A stretch of 64,000 nt of DNA from an uncultured bacterium (GCA_964499705.1 CAZCME010000002.1:372001-436000), one strand, 5' to 3'. Positions 29,964 to 40,332 are shown, counted from the first letter of the stretch. Notes: generated by a model from the sequence alone, not told the origin. Program-made: numbers and translations.

Positions 29964-30401
29964 TCAGCAGTGAGAATCCACGAGGACGCCGTTCCGGTAT
30001 TCGGCTTCCATGGACTTCTGTTCATTCTCATCCCACCAGGTCCATCGGCCCTCCCGTTCCCCGTCTTTGTACTCGCCCTCGATGACTTTCCTGCCTTCTT
30101 CATTCCATGAGGTCCAGACCCCGACCTGCACGCCCTTCCGATATTCGCCTTCCATGATCTTGAGGCCATTGGGATGTCGGGTCGTCCAGAGGCCGTCCAT
30201 CAGGCCGTTCAGCAGATCCCCGCCCCGGAGACCGGAATACAGGGCGAGTCCGGAATAGGGAGAATTGCTGAAAGGACGGTAGTACAACCCGTTTCGCAGG
30301 ATCAGCGAATCAAATTCGATACCGGCATCAGCCGCCATCCATGCCCTCTCCATCTCGTTATTTCTTCTGCAAATTCCAACCGTGTGCCGCTTAAGACTCA
30401 T
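29964..30401 (-). CDS. MORN-variant repeat protein (YwqK-like)
   Basis: Three repeats of G.W..W..NG.K..EG.Y..G. Start uncertain. Confidence 0.8.
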   Translation of the reverse strand: MSLKRHTVGICRRNNEMERAWMAADAGIEFDSLILRNGLYYRPFSNSPYSGLALYSGLRGGDLLNGLMDGLWTTRHPNGLKIMEGEYRKGVQVGVWTSWNEEGRKVIEGEYKDGEREGRWTWWDENEQKSMEAEYRNGVLVDSHC

Positions 30402-30549
30402 GGCATTATGCCAAATTATCCCTCAGATTTCCAAGAGGGTTCATAATGGACGGTAGGGGTGGGAGACGACGGCACGTTTTCCAAGTCCATAATCCGGTTT
30501 GCACTTCAATTCGAGTGCCACAGCCGCCGATGTACCGTAATAATAGCAC

Positions 30550-31362
30550 ATGTCCTGGTATGTCTACATTGATGATGCTTCCAGCGGGCCTTATGACAAG
30601 GAACAACTCGCCGCGTTTCTCAAGCCCACGCATTTTGTCGCGAGGGTAGGCACGTCAGCGTGGGTGGAAGCCTCGCAGGATCCCGATCTCGCCCTGCTCT
30701 TCATCGCCCCACCCGTGCCGGAAGAGATCGTGCCCATGTGGTATGTGACTCCCAAGGGCAAGCCTCAACGCGGACGTTTCACGCCGCAGGCACTGTCGAA
30801 CATGCTGAAGAAGAATTCCATCGGGCCGGACGACCTTCTGAGACATGAAAGTTGGAGCAAAGGATTGCCGATACGAGAAACGCAAGCCTGGAAGCGCGTC
30901 TCAGCCGGCGCCCAGCCGGAAGCTCTGATGGAGGAGGATTGGCTGGTTGTGACGCCGGAGACGGCTGCTGCGGCAATTCAAGCGCCAGCCCAGGTTGCCG
31001 CGGCGCCGCAGTCGGCGCCATCCCTGAAACAGCGATTCACCACATTCAGCTTCGAATGGACGCCGCTGAACATCGGCATCATTGTCGCATTCATGGCGAT
31101 GCCGCTCACCGGTTACATGATCTATGACAATTACTGGCGCGGCTCCGATATGGAATTCCGATGGAAATACGGAACGGCTAGTGGTGAGTGCAAGGCGGAT
31201 GAAGGTTCCCGGTCAATCTGCGAAATGAATGCGTCCAAATGCGGTTGCTCGGAAAAGGCAAGCTGCGGCATGGCCAGTTGTGATCGTTACGCCCGCTTCA
31301 ATAATATGGGAAAGTACGAATGGTTGAAGTCAGGCAAAAAGCCGCCGGAAGTAAACAAATAG
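30550..31362 (+). CDS. Tandem GYF_2 (DUF4339)-like membrane protein with Cys-rich C-terminus
   Basis: WYVY....SSGPY..EQL...W and WYV....QRGRF...L...W repeats; one TM segment; six Cys near the C-terminus. Confidence 0.75.
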   Translation: MSWYVYIDDASSGPYDKEQLAAFLKPTHFVARVGTSAWVEASQDPDLALLFIAPPVPEEIVPMWYVTPKGKPQRGRFTPQALSNMLKKNSIGPDDLLRHESWSKGLPIRETQAWKRVSAGAQPEALMEEDWLVVTPETAAAAIQAPAQVAAAPQSAPSLKQRFTTFSFEWTPLNIGIIVAFMAMPLTGYMIYDNYWRGSDMEFRWKYGTASGECKADEGSRSICEMNASKCGCSEKASCGMASCDRYARFNNMGKYEWLKSGKKPPEVNK

Positions 31363-31443
31363 CCTGCCAGTTTACGCAGGACAATGGTCCAGTTTCTGCC
31401 ATGCCAGCCTTGGATGAGTGTGTTTCAGGATGGCCGGTCGCCG

Positions 31444-32133
31444 TCAGTAATAGTCGTATCGTTTCCCTTCTGTCGAGAAACAGGTGTTGTTGATTCGGAC
31501 CTTACCGTCCGTGTTGCGATAATGGAATCCGCGGTAGTTGTTGTTCGCGATTGAGTCTCCGGGGTTGCTGTCAATTTCCGTGCTGAAATCGTTGGTTTGG
31601 TGGATGCCGTTGTTGAACCAGCCCGTGAAGTTATCTTGGCCAGGGGTGGAACCTGATTCCCACACCCCACCCGTGTTTCCGTTTTCGCTGACCTTCGCAT
31701 AAGGAATCTCAGTAATATATGTATTGATGTACGCTTGGAATTCGCCTGCCTCGATTGTGGCTTCAGGTTCAGGAGTGTTGTTAGAGCCGTCAGTTGCAGT
31801 TCCGCCACCCGACCAGCCCCAGGTAACGGGGAAACCCCCGGCGATCCATGTGGAATAAACCAGCGAGTAAGGATAGCCGTCAGTCGCATTGGCTCCTACC
31901 GGTGTGTAAGAGTATTCCGTCCCCTTCTGCGCATGGAACATCTGTACGACCGTGCGAAGGGATTGAAGAGCCTCGTACGTCTGGCCCTCCCTCGCCTTCC
32001 AGATGGCGCGCTTGAGATTCTGGAAGATGACGACGGCCAGGATACCCAGGATGAGGGAGACTACGAGAAGTTCAACGAGAGTAAATCCCGCCGCGTTGGC
32101 CGATTTCCGCGACGAATGAGGATGGCGTAACAT
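31444..32133 (-). CDS. Type IV pilin / T2SS pseudopilin-like protein
   Basis: GGGAGG SD; basic leader then G|FTLVELLVV class III signal with E5 and a hydrophobic helix. Confidence 0.9.
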   Translation of the reverse strand: MLRHPHSSRKSANAAGFTLVELLVVSLILGILAVVIFQNLKRAIWKAREGQTYEALQSLRTVVQMFHAQKGTEYSYTPVGANATDGYPYSLVYSTWIAGGFPVTWGWSGGGTATDGSNNTPEPEATIEAGEFQAYINTYITEIPYAKVSENGNTGGVWESGSTPGQDNFTGWFNNGIHQTNDFSTEIDSNPGDSIANNNYRGFHYRNTDGKVRINNTCFSTEGKRYDYY

Positions 32134-32235
32134 TCGTACAACCTCCCGGTCTGGATCAGCTTTCTTCTCGCGTGTGATAGCCGAGGCAGAAGCGACTGAA
32201 GTATAAACAATCCCGCATACCATGTCAATATCCCC

Positions 32236-33222
32236 TCAAATCCCGTCCTGCGTCCCGGATTCCATGTCTCCATCCCGCGTCACGGTCAGGAGAACCGGGC
32301 GATGGTCGCTGCCGTAAAAGGGGCCTAGCCTTCGATCCACCACCTGCCATCCCTCCGGCACAAGAATGTGATCGAGCGGAATCGACAGGACGGGCCATCC
32401 GAAAGGCCACGACGCCTGCCACCCGAATCCGCTTCGGGAATCGCGCAACCTGCAATCGGACAGGAGCGTCCTGAATTCCAGGCGTGTCTCGCAGGCGTTC
32501 ATGTCGCCCGCGATGAACGTCTCTTCCGGGAAACCTTTCACGGTCCTGGCGACAGTATCGAACTGGCGCGCCTGTTTCAGAAAACCGGCGTCGTCGACCG
32601 GCGAATTGATGTGCGTCGCATAAATCCGGAATCGGGTCCCCTGCCACTCACATTTCACGGGGATCGTTTTACCGAACCGCCCGGGCTCCGTGATGACCGT
32701 CGAATCCTCGATCGGGAGACGGGAATAGATCGCCATGCCGTATCCGTCCCAGCTCGCGACTCGATGCGGATATGTGGAATCGGCCCAGGCCATCTGAGGT
32801 TGCCATATTTCGTCGACTTCATCGGCAATGAAAATGTCCGGATCGAATTCCTCCACGATGATCCGTAAGGCGTCCCAGGAATGGGATGGTCGGTCGACAT
32901 TGGCATATAGGATCTTCAGGCGCGGATTCGCACTGAGGGTATGTGCCTCGGGAATGGAATAGGAAGCGATGCCGCCGCCGTGATACAGCATGAGGACGAG
33001 CGCCGCGATCGACCAGCGTGGACTGGCATGCAACAGCGAAAGAAATGCCGCGGTCGCCGCCAGCAGCAGCACGGCTCGCAGTCCCGCCAGCATGACGAGT
33101 TCCCGCTGCGTGGGAAGCAGCAGATTGCCCAAGGTGACGATCCAGACAATGCCGGTCGCCGACATGCCGCCTATGACGCAGGCGCGCTTCAGCATGATTC
33201 TTCCTGCAGGACGTTCCTCCAT
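32236..33222 (-). CDS. Membrane-anchored endonuclease/exonuclease/phosphatase family protein
   Basis: Three N-terminal TM segments; ILYANV, DE, AGDMN, LDHIL, GSDHRP. Confidence 0.9.
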   Translation of the reverse strand: MEERPAGRIMLKRACVIGGMSATGIVWIVTLGNLLLPTQRELVMLAGLRAVLLLAATAAFLSLLHASPRWSIAALVLMLYHGGGIASYSIPEAHTLSANPRLKILYANVDRPSHSWDALRIIVEEFDPDIFIADEVDEIWQPQMAWADSTYPHRVASWDGYGMAIYSRLPIEDSTVITEPGRFGKTIPVKCEWQGTRFRIYATHINSPVDDAGFLKQARQFDTVARTVKGFPEETFIAGDMNACETRLEFRTLLSDCRLRDSRSGFGWQASWPFGWPVLSIPLDHILVPEGWQVVDRRLGPFYGSDHRPVLLTVTRDGDMESGTQDGI

Positions 33223-33294
33223 GCAAAGGATTATATAGCGAATATTCTTCCCTCATAATTCATCTCCGCGACCGGCCGCCATCATCCCCTTCTC

Positions 33295-33303
33295 TTATCC
33301 ACA
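33295..33303 (+). promoter_or_regulatory. Perfect DnaA box (TTATCCACA)
   Basis: Exact 9-mer in the divergent intergenic region before PBP1A. Confidence 0.4.
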
Positions 33304-33353
33304 CCCTCCTCAAAATGCATGGATACCGCCCCCGGAGCCGATAGAATTAACGC

Positions 33354-35726
33354 ATGGCTCGAAAGCCCGTCAGAAGAAAAGCCGGACCAACCTGGTGGAC
33401 GGGTGTCATGCCGCGCGTGCTGAAGGCGATCTCCATCCTCGCCTATGTCGCCGCGTTCGCGCTTATCGGAGGCACGATCCTTTTCGCCTTGCTGGTCGCC
33501 CACTTCTCGCGCGATCTTCCCCGCCTCGATCCGCTTCGGAATTACCAGCCCTGGAACCAGTCGACGCAGGTCTTCGCCTCCGATGGAACGCTTATCGGCG
33601 AATTCTACGAGGAAGACCGGATCGTCATCGATATCCACAGCATTCCGGACGTGATGAAGAAGGCGATCATCGCGGTCGAGGACGAGCGCTTCGACACCAC
33701 GCATCCCCAGGCGTGGATCCGAGGACTCGGCATCGATCCCATCGGGATCACGCGCGCGGCCGTGGCCAACATCATCCCGGGCGGCGGCATCCAGGGAGGT
33801 TCCACGCTCACGCAGCAGCTGGCGAAGATGATGTTCCTGACGAGCGAGCGGACGTTCTCCCGCAAGTTCCAGGAGATGATCCTGGCGTACAGGATCGAGA
33901 AGGAATTCTCCCGCGACGAAATCATGGAACGCTACATGAACAAGGTCTTCTTCGGCAACCGCGCGCACGGCCTGCATTCCGCCGCGTCACGCTATTTCGG
34001 CGTGGACCTCGGCAAGCCCGACGCGAAGCTGACTTTGGGACAGGCCGCGCTCCTTGCCGGCCTCGTGAAGGCCCCGTCCTATTATGCGCCGCACAAGCAT
34101 CCCAGGCGCGCGAAGGACCGGCAGCGCATCACGCTTCTGCGGATGGTGGACCGGGGCTATATTCCGCGCGATGCCGTGGAGCCCGCGATCAAGGCCTTCT
34201 GGGAATCCTTCGACACGGCGAAGGTCTCCGTCCCGGACGAAGACACGGACTTGACGCACATCAAGGTGACCCAGGCGGGATTCTTCGTGGAGTATGTCCG
34301 GCAGGAGCTTTTGAAAGTGCTGTCGATGGATCAGATCCTGCGCGGTGGATACAAGATCCAGACGACGCTCGATCCGAAGATGCAATCCGCCGCGGAAGCG
34401 GCGATGCGGACGGGACTCGCGCGCCTGACGAAGGACGTGGCGGCGCGAAAAATCAACCTCGCGAAGGGTCCCCTCGAAGGAGCGCTCATCGCGATCGATC
34501 ACACCAACGGGCGAATTCTCGCCATGGTGGGAGGAAGCTCCTGGAGCACCACGAACCAGTACAACCGCGCCGTGCAGGCAAAGCGCCAGGCGGGATCCTC
34601 GTTCAAGCCGATCGTCTACTTCACGGCGCTGGAACAGGGCAGCGCGACGCTCGGCACCGTGCTCCGCGACGAGCCCTTCACCGTCCCCGGAACGGATTGG
34701 TCGCCGCAGAACTACGACGGATCCTATCACGGCCCCGTTCTCCCCCGCCCCGCCCTGACTCATTCCTACAACGTCGCCGCCGTGCAGATGCTCCTTCTGG
34801 CAACGGGCGAACGCATCATCGAGCGTGCTTCGGCGCTCGGGATCGATGTCTCCCGAATGAGGCCGTATCCTTCCATGGCTCTCGGAGCCTTCGAAGTGTC
34901 CCTGCTGGAACTCACATCCGCGTATTCCGCGTTCGCCAACAGCGGCGCGAGATCGGAGCCGTATCCGCTGGTTTCGATATCCGATCGCGAAGGACGGATC
35001 GTGAAGAACTACGAACCCTACGCGACGCACCAGGTCTTCGCCGCGGAATATTCCTTCCTCATGACGTCTCTAATGCAGAGCGTCGTCCGGAACGGAACGG
35101 CGGCGTCCGCCGTCGGAGCGAGGATCGGCAAGATTCCCGCCGCCGGAAAGACCGGCACCACCGACGATTATGCCGACGCCTGGTTCGTCGGCTATACGCC
35201 GACGGTGACGGCCGGAGTCTGGATCGGATTCGACGAGCGGAGAACCATGGGCCGGGGCATGACGGGCGGAAAGGCCGCGGGAACCATCTGGGCCGATTTC
35301 ATCAGAGCGGCGCTCGTCAAGCGGCCCGTCGGAAAATTTCCCGAGCCGACGGGCACCCTCATCAGGGTCCCGATCTGCAACCTCACCGGGCTTCGCCCGT
35401 CCGATGAATGTCCCAATCCCGTGGAGGAATATTTCATCAACCACACGGCGCCGACGGAAATCTGCGCCGTGCATTCCGATATCACGACGCTCCAGCAGTT
35501 CCTGTTCGCCGATTACGGCGGAGACACGGCCATGACGGCCTGGCCCGAGCCGGGAGCGTTCGCCTGGCCGGCGGCGCAGGAGACGGCACCCAGCCGGGAG
35601 GCACTGCGCGCCATCATCGACGCGGAGGCGCCTCCACCGGAGGGCCAGCGGGCGAATCCCTTTCCAACGGCGCCATACAGTCCGGAAGCTCCCGTATACA
35701 AAGCGCCGCCGATCACGGAAGAGTGA
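33354..35726 (+). CDS. mrcA: Class A penicillin-binding protein (PBP1A family)
   Basis: TM segment; transglycosylase EDERF, GGSTLTQQLAK, RKFQE; transpeptidase SSFK, SYN, KTGT. Confidence 0.93.
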   Translation: MARKPVRRKAGPTWWTGVMPRVLKAISILAYVAAFALIGGTILFALLVAHFSRDLPRLDPLRNYQPWNQSTQVFASDGTLIGEFYEEDRIVIDIHSIPDVMKKAIIAVEDERFDTTHPQAWIRGLGIDPIGITRAAVANIIPGGGIQGGSTLTQQLAKMMFLTSERTFSRKFQEMILAYRIEKEFSRDEIMERYMNKVFFGNRAHGLHSAASRYFGVDLGKPDAKLTLGQAALLAGLVKAPSYYAPHKHPRRAKDRQRITLLRMVDRGYIPRDAVEPAIKAFWESFDTAKVSVPDEDTDLTHIKVTQAGFFVEYVRQELLKVLSMDQILRGGYKIQTTLDPKMQSAAEAAMRTGLARLTKDVAARKINLAKGPLEGALIAIDHTNGRILAMVGGSSWSTTNQYNRAVQAKRQAGSSFKPIVYFTALEQGSATLGTVLRDEPFTVPGTDWSPQNYDGSYHGPVLPRPALTHSYNVAAVQMLLLATGERIIERASALGIDVSRMRPYPSMALGAFEVSLLELTSAYSAFANSGARSEPYPLVSISDREGRIVKNYEPYATHQVFAAEYSFLMTSLMQSVVRNGTAASAVGARIGKIPAAGKTGTTDDYADAWFVGYTPTVTAGVWIGFDERRTMGRGMTGGKAAGTIWADFIRAALVKRPVGKFPEPTGTLIRVPICNLTGLRPSDECPNPVEEYFINHTAPTEICAVHSDITTLQQFLFADYGGDTAMTAWPEPGAFAWPAAQETAPSREALRAIIDAEAPPPEGQRANPFPTAPYSPEAPVYKAPPITEE

Positions 35727-35735
35727 CCGGATTGC

Positions 35736-36656
35736 CTACCAGCTAATCTCCAGATCCTCCCGCGCCGCGAACACGTCCTCAACCCGGCGCTCGCTCGCGT
35801 TTCGCTCGCGGTAGGCGGACTCGATCTTCTCCAGCTCATCGTCGGTGCGGTTGGGATCATGATGGAAGAACGCGAGTTTCCCGACGGAGGCTCCCTCCAC
35901 GAGGTCCCAGACCTGGTCGAACGTGGAATGTCCCCAGCTGATGCGCGGGCCGTATTCGCCAGATGTGTACACCGCGTCCGCGATGAGGAGATCGGCGCCC
36001 CGGACGAAATCGCGGACGCCCGCGGCAAGATCGTCGTGAATCATCCGCTCGATTTCCATGATGTTCGCATCGGATGAACGCCGGACGAAGCGGGCGAAAT
36101 CCATGGTCCAGCACTCGTGATCGACGAGGTAGACGATGGTGCGGCCGTGTGTCTCGATGCGATAAGCAAGGTCGACGACGGGATGGTTCGTGATGCAGGT
36201 TCGCACGGTCGCGCCCGGAACCAGGTCGTCATAGCTGCCGGTCGAGAGCTCGCGGAATGTGAAGCCCGCGCCCATGCTGTCGAGGCGCAGGGGAAAATAG
36301 CTGTGGCGGGTCTGGTCGGTGATGACGCGTTCCAGGCCGGGATTGAACGTGCGGGGGCCGGCGATCGTCAGCTTGTTGCCCTTGATGAACGCGGGCGCGA
36401 AGAACGGGATTCCCTGGATATGGTCCCAGTGGGTGTGGCTCACGAGGAGCGTGATCTCGTGGCCCGAGGCGCCCTCCTCGCGGATGAGTTTCTGGCCGTA
36501 GGCGCGGGCGCCGGAACCGGCGTCCAGGAGAACATGCGCTTCCGGCGTGCGGATGACGACGCAGGATGTATTTCCGCCGTAGCGGGCGGTGTCGAACCCG
36601 GGCGAGGGAATCGAACCGCGGACGCCGCGGAAACAGACTCGTACTCCCGCTGTCAT
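35736..36656 (-). CDS. MBL-fold metallo-hydrolase
   Basis: GVRGSIPSPG...YGGNTSC, DAGSG, SHTHWDHIQG, WGHST, FHHDP; ATGA overlap with the upstream gene. Confidence 0.9.
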   Translation of the reverse strand: MTAGVRVCFRGVRGSIPSPGFDTARYGGNTSCVVIRTPEAHVLLDAGSGARAYGQKLIREEGASGHEITLLVSHTHWDHIQGIPFFAPAFIKGNKLTIAGPRTFNPGLERVITDQTRHSYFPLRLDSMGAGFTFRELSTGSYDDLVPGATVRTCITNHPVVDLAYRIETHGRTIVYLVDHECWTMDFARFVRRSSDANIMEIERMIHDDLAAGVRDFVRGADLLIADAVYTSGEYGPRISWGHSTFDQVWDLVEGASVGKLAFFHHDPNRTDDELEKIESAYRERNASERRVEDVFAAREDLEISW

Positions 36657-38026
36657 TTCGCGGCGAGATCCCGCAGGCGGCCGATCCGTTCCTGCGCCTG
36701 CCTGTCGCCGATCGAGTGCGCCTGGGCCAGGGCCTCCTCGATTCTCCGGTGGGCGCCCGACCGATCGCCCCGGGCGCGGTCCCACTCGGAGAGAGCTTCC
36801 AGGGAATTCATCAGTCCGTAGCCATGATTGAGACGCCGGTAGACCGCCTCGGATTCCCGGATGACGGTTCCGGCGGACTCGACCCGGCCGCGCGCCAAGA
36901 GAAACCGTCCCAGCTTCAGCCGGATCTGCGCTCCGTCCGGCACATTGTCCTCCAGTTCGCAGATCCGGATCGCCTTTTCGTAGGCGACCTGCGCCTCCTG
37001 CTCCCTCCCCAGCTCCGCAAAGCAATCGGCCATCAGGCTGTACGAGTAGTGGGCATGGCGGTAGTAACCGCTTCTCGCGGTGAAGACGAACGATTTCCTG
37101 AGATTCTCGAGCCCTTCCTCCGGCCTGCCTTCCTGGAGCATGAGGTGCGCGAAATTTCCGTAGGTCACGGAAAGGTGATAATCGCTCTGGAGTTCCTCGC
37201 CCAGGGCGACGGCGCGCGCGAAAGCGAGGGCGGCCTCGTCCGCGCGGTTTTCCTGAAGCCGGATGTTGCCGAGATTATTGAGCACCTTGACGAGCGTGTC
37301 CCGATCGCCCGCCGCATCGAGATGCCGCAGCGCGTTTTCGTATTGGCGAGCCGCTTCCTCCAGATGTCCCTTTCTCACTTCGACCATGCCGGCACGGAAC
37401 GCGATGAGGCCCTGGATGCCGCGGTCGGCGATCCTCGACCAGTCGCGCAGGAGACCCTTCAGCACAATCTCCGCGCGATTCCACATCTTGATCTGGACGC
37501 AGAGTTCGAGGAGCCGATACAGGCGCGGGATATCCCGTTCATCCGACGCGGCTTCGCGGAGGTGTGGCAACTCGCAGGGAAGAAGAAAAGAAACGGCAAT
37601 CTGATCCGGGTGATCGAGAATCTTCTGCATGAGGAGCGAGGAGAGGGGGTCGAAGGAGTCGAGAGAAGCGAATCGAACCAGCAGTCGGCGGGATCCGATC
37701 CCGCGGGCGAACTCGTCGCGAATTTCCTGGAGCGCATCGCGGAGAGCGGGATCGCGGTTGATCATGTCGGGCGACTGGGACGCCAGCTTGCGTGAGATTT
37801 TCTGAGCCGGCTCGGCGGCGGCGCGGGAATCTCCCGACAGGGTCGAAAGGATCCGCATCATCGCGGATTCGTCACCGGTCGTCGATTCCCAGAGAAAGAT
37901 CTGTCCGCGGTCCGGTTGGTGCGCGGCGGCGGGAGTTTCGATCAGGATGATTCCACTGCCCGCGGACTTGGAGGCGAGAATGACACGCTCAAAATCGGCC
38001 TTGTCTATCGGTTTTAGATCCGACAT
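36653..38026 (-). CDS. Tetratricopeptide repeat protein
   Basis: Repeated LNNLG...A...A.AL helical motifs in the C-terminal half. Confidence 0.8.
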   Translation of the reverse strand: MSDLKPIDKADFERVILASKSAGSGIILIETPAAAHQPDRGQIFLWESTTGDESAMMRILSTLSGDSRAAAEPAQKISRKLASQSPDMINRDPALRDALQEIRDEFARGIGSRRLLVRFASLDSFDPLSSLLMQKILDHPDQIAVSFLLPCELPHLREAASDERDIPRLYRLLELCVQIKMWNRAEIVLKGLLRDWSRIADRGIQGLIAFRAGMVEVRKGHLEEAARQYENALRHLDAAGDRDTLVKVLNNLGNIRLQENRADEAALAFARAVALGEELQSDYHLSVTYGNFAHLMLQEGRPEEGLENLRKSFVFTARSGYYRHAHYSYSLMADCFAELGREQEAQVAYEKAIRICELEDNVPDGAQIRLKLGRFLLARGRVESAGTVIRESEAVYRRLNHGYGLMNSLEALSEWDRARGDRSGAHRRIEEALAQAHSIGDRQAQERIGRLRDLAAK

Positions 38027-38030
38027 GAAG

Positions 38031-38960
38031 CTATACTATAACCTGATGCGCGCCGTGACGGATAGCACAGTATTTCGCTTCCAACTCTCCTTCCGTAAGA
38101 AATCCGTCGGCTCCGCCGCGGCCGCCTAGTTTCCAGGAAGCGAAGATCATGGCCTTGTGAAGCGCTGCTTCCGGTTCCTCACCCCGCGCATGATAATGAA
38201 CGAAACAGGAGAAAAGAGCGTCGCCGGCTCCGGTGGCGTTCCGGATCGGCCGGGTCGGGACGGCCGGCATGCGCACGAGAGTCTGCCGGCGGGAGTCAAA
38301 CAGAAGCGCGCCGGAAGCTCCCAGTCCGATGACAACGATCTCGTTCCTGTATTGCGCCGTCAACCGGCGCAGCCATTCCTCCGGATCGCACGGCAGCGAT
38401 TCTCCGCTCATGAAAAGCACGGTCGCGGCGGCCATGTAGTCGCGATTGTACGAATCATCCAGGTCGCTCACACAATGAACATCCGTCGCGATGGGAACTC
38501 CCCGGGCCGATGCGATCGCCAGGAGCGGGCGGGAGAAGTTGATGTTGCAGAGGACGGCCATGTCGCACCCGTCCAGTGCCTCCGCAAATCGTTCGACCGG
38601 GAAGGAAGTGTCCTGGATATTCTTGAGGTCGACATTAATGGCCCGACGCCCGGAATCATCGCACAGAATCACCGACTGCGGCGTCTCATCCATGACGTTG
38701 AGTATGTGCGAGCTGTCGATATTGTCGCGAAGAAGCGCATCGCGGACAACCGCGCTGGCCGGATCACGCCCTGTCAGGGAGAGAAACCGGACGGGATCCC
38801 CCAGCATCGTCAAAGCTTTAGCGACGTTATAGCCGACGCCTGAAACGGATCCTCGAATCCTGTGGAACGGATACCGAACCGGCTTGTAGTCGACGGGAAA
38901 TTCATCCACACCCACGATGGTTTCGTAGTTGATGAGGCCCGCCACGAGGATTCGAGTCAT
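38031..38960 (-). CDS. PfkB family carbohydrate kinase
   Basis: SGVGYNVAKAL..LG and NATGAGDALF. The ORF-track extension to 39197 runs through a repeat element. Confidence 0.9.
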   Translation of the reverse strand: MTRILVAGLINYETIVGVDEFPVDYKPVRYPFHRIRGSVSGVGYNVAKALTMLGDPVRFLSLTGRDPASAVVRDALLRDNIDSSHILNVMDETPQSVILCDDSGRRAINVDLKNIQDTSFPVERFAEALDGCDMAVLCNINFSRPLLAIASARGVPIATDVHCVSDLDDSYNRDYMAAATVLFMSGESLPCDPEEWLRRLTAQYRNEIVVIGLGASGALLFDSRRQTLVRMPAVPTRPIRNATGAGDALFSCFVHYHARGEEPEAALHKAMIFASWKLGGRGGADGFLTEGELEAKYCAIRHGAHQVIV

Positions 38961-39013
38961 AGGAGCATTCTCGCATAATGCCGCAATGTGGCAATATGCG
39001 AGAGCATGCCCCG

Positions 39014-39227
39014 GAAGTTCCCCATCCGGTGGCGGGATATTAACAGGATGGGCAGGATTTCTTTCCATAAAAATCGAATTATGCTGCCGCATATGAGCCA
39101 CGATCAATTCTCCGTAAGTAAAAAGAAAACCACTTCCCAATAACAGGACTGCATCACCTTCAATTCTACTGTCATAGATCCTGCCCATCCTGCCCATCTT
39201 GTTAAAATATATTTGATGGGGAACTTC
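39014..39227. mobile_element. MITE/REPIN-like element, family A, copy 2
   Basis: Perfect 13-bp terminal IR GAAGTTCCCCATC / GATGGGGAACTTC. Inner IR AACAGGATGGGCAGGAT / ATCCTGCCCATCCTGCCCATCTTGTT. AT-rich centre unrelated to copy 1. Confidence 0.75.
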
Positions 39228-39250
39228 TAAGCTTGCCCTATACTGACCCC

Positions 39251-40330
39251 ATGTCAGACTCCCGCATTGCCGCGCACGCGCGGATCATCGTGAAATACTC
39301 GACGGCCCTGAAGGCCGGCGAGACGGTCGGCATCTACGGCAACACCGAATGCATCGAACTCGTGGAGGCAGTCTATCGCGAAGCGATCCTCGCGGGCGCG
39401 CATCCCTTCATCCGGCTCGCCATTCCATCGATCGCTCCGTTTCTCTACAAATACGCCACGGATGCCCAGCTCTCTCGCGTCACGAATCTCGATTGGACGG
39501 AAGCGAAATCCCAAGAGGCTCGCGTCGTCATCCTCGCGGAGTCGAACACGCGCGCGTTGTCCCAGACCGATCCGTCGAGGATGGCCGTCTTCGCGAAGGC
39601 GCGGAAGCCGATCCGCGAATATCTCGTGGACAACACGCGCTGGTGCCTGACGCTCCACCCGACCCAGGCGCTAGCCCAGGAAGCGGGAATGTCGCTCGAA
39701 GCGTACAAGGACTTTGTCTACCGCGCGATGTTCTGCGATCGGCGCGACGCGGTCGCGGAGTGGAAGAAGATCGAAGCGATGCAGGACAGGTTGATCCGAT
39801 CGATCAAGGGGGCGAAGGAGGCGCGGATCGTGGGACTCGATACCGATCTCCGCTTCTCGGTGAAGGGCCGCCTTTTTGTCAATTCCACGGCGACGCACAA
39901 CCTGCCGAGCGGGGAGATCTTCACGGCTCCCGTGGAAACCTCCACCGAGGGGCACATCTACTTCGACATTCCCTCCGCGCGCGACGGCAACTTCATCGAA
40001 GGAATCCGCCTGAAGTTTCACAGGGGGCGCGTCGTCGAAGCGCGCGCGGAGCGCGGGGAAACTTATCTGAAGAAGATGCTCGCCATGGATGACGGAGCAT
40101 CAAGGCTCGGAGAATGGGGCATCGGAACGAACTTCGGAATCCAGCGCCCGACCGGCGAAATACTCTTCGATGAAAAGATCGGCGGAACGATTCATCTCGC
40201 CCTGGGTTCCGCCTACACCGAATGCCGCGGCAAGAACAAATCAGCTCTGCACTGGGACATGATCAAGGATCTCCGCGGCGGCAAGGGGCGGATCGAAGTG
40301 GACGGCAGGGAGCTGAAAGTGCGGAAGTAG
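39251..40330 (+). CDS. Aminopeptidase (M29, AmpS/AmpT family)
   Basis: NLPSGEIFTAP, LGEWGIG, LFDEKIGGTIHLALG, SALHWDMI. Confidence 0.93.
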   Translation: MSDSRIAAHARIIVKYSTALKAGETVGIYGNTECIELVEAVYREAILAGAHPFIRLAIPSIAPFLYKYATDAQLSRVTNLDWTEAKSQEARVVILAESNTRALSQTDPSRMAVFAKARKPIREYLVDNTRWCLTLHPTQALAQEAGMSLEAYKDFVYRAMFCDRRDAVAEWKKIEAMQDRLIRSIKGAKEARIVGLDTDLRFSVKGRLFVNSTATHNLPSGEIFTAPVETSTEGHIYFDIPSARDGNFIEGIRLKFHRGRVVEARAERGETYLKKMLAMDDGASRLGEWGIGTNFGIQRPTGEILFDEKIGGTIHLALGSAYTECRGKNKSALHWDMIKDLRGGKGRIEVDGRELKVRK

Positions 40331-40332
40331 GG

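Noticed and set aside
29964-30401. Toxin-antitoxin module
   Set aside because: A YwqK-like label reflects only MORN-variant repeats; no adjacent toxin is seen.
33395-35407. 670-aa alternative-frame ORF, also 43733-45589
   Set aside because: Arg/Gly/Pro-rich off-frame translations overlapping PBP1A and the OmpA gene.
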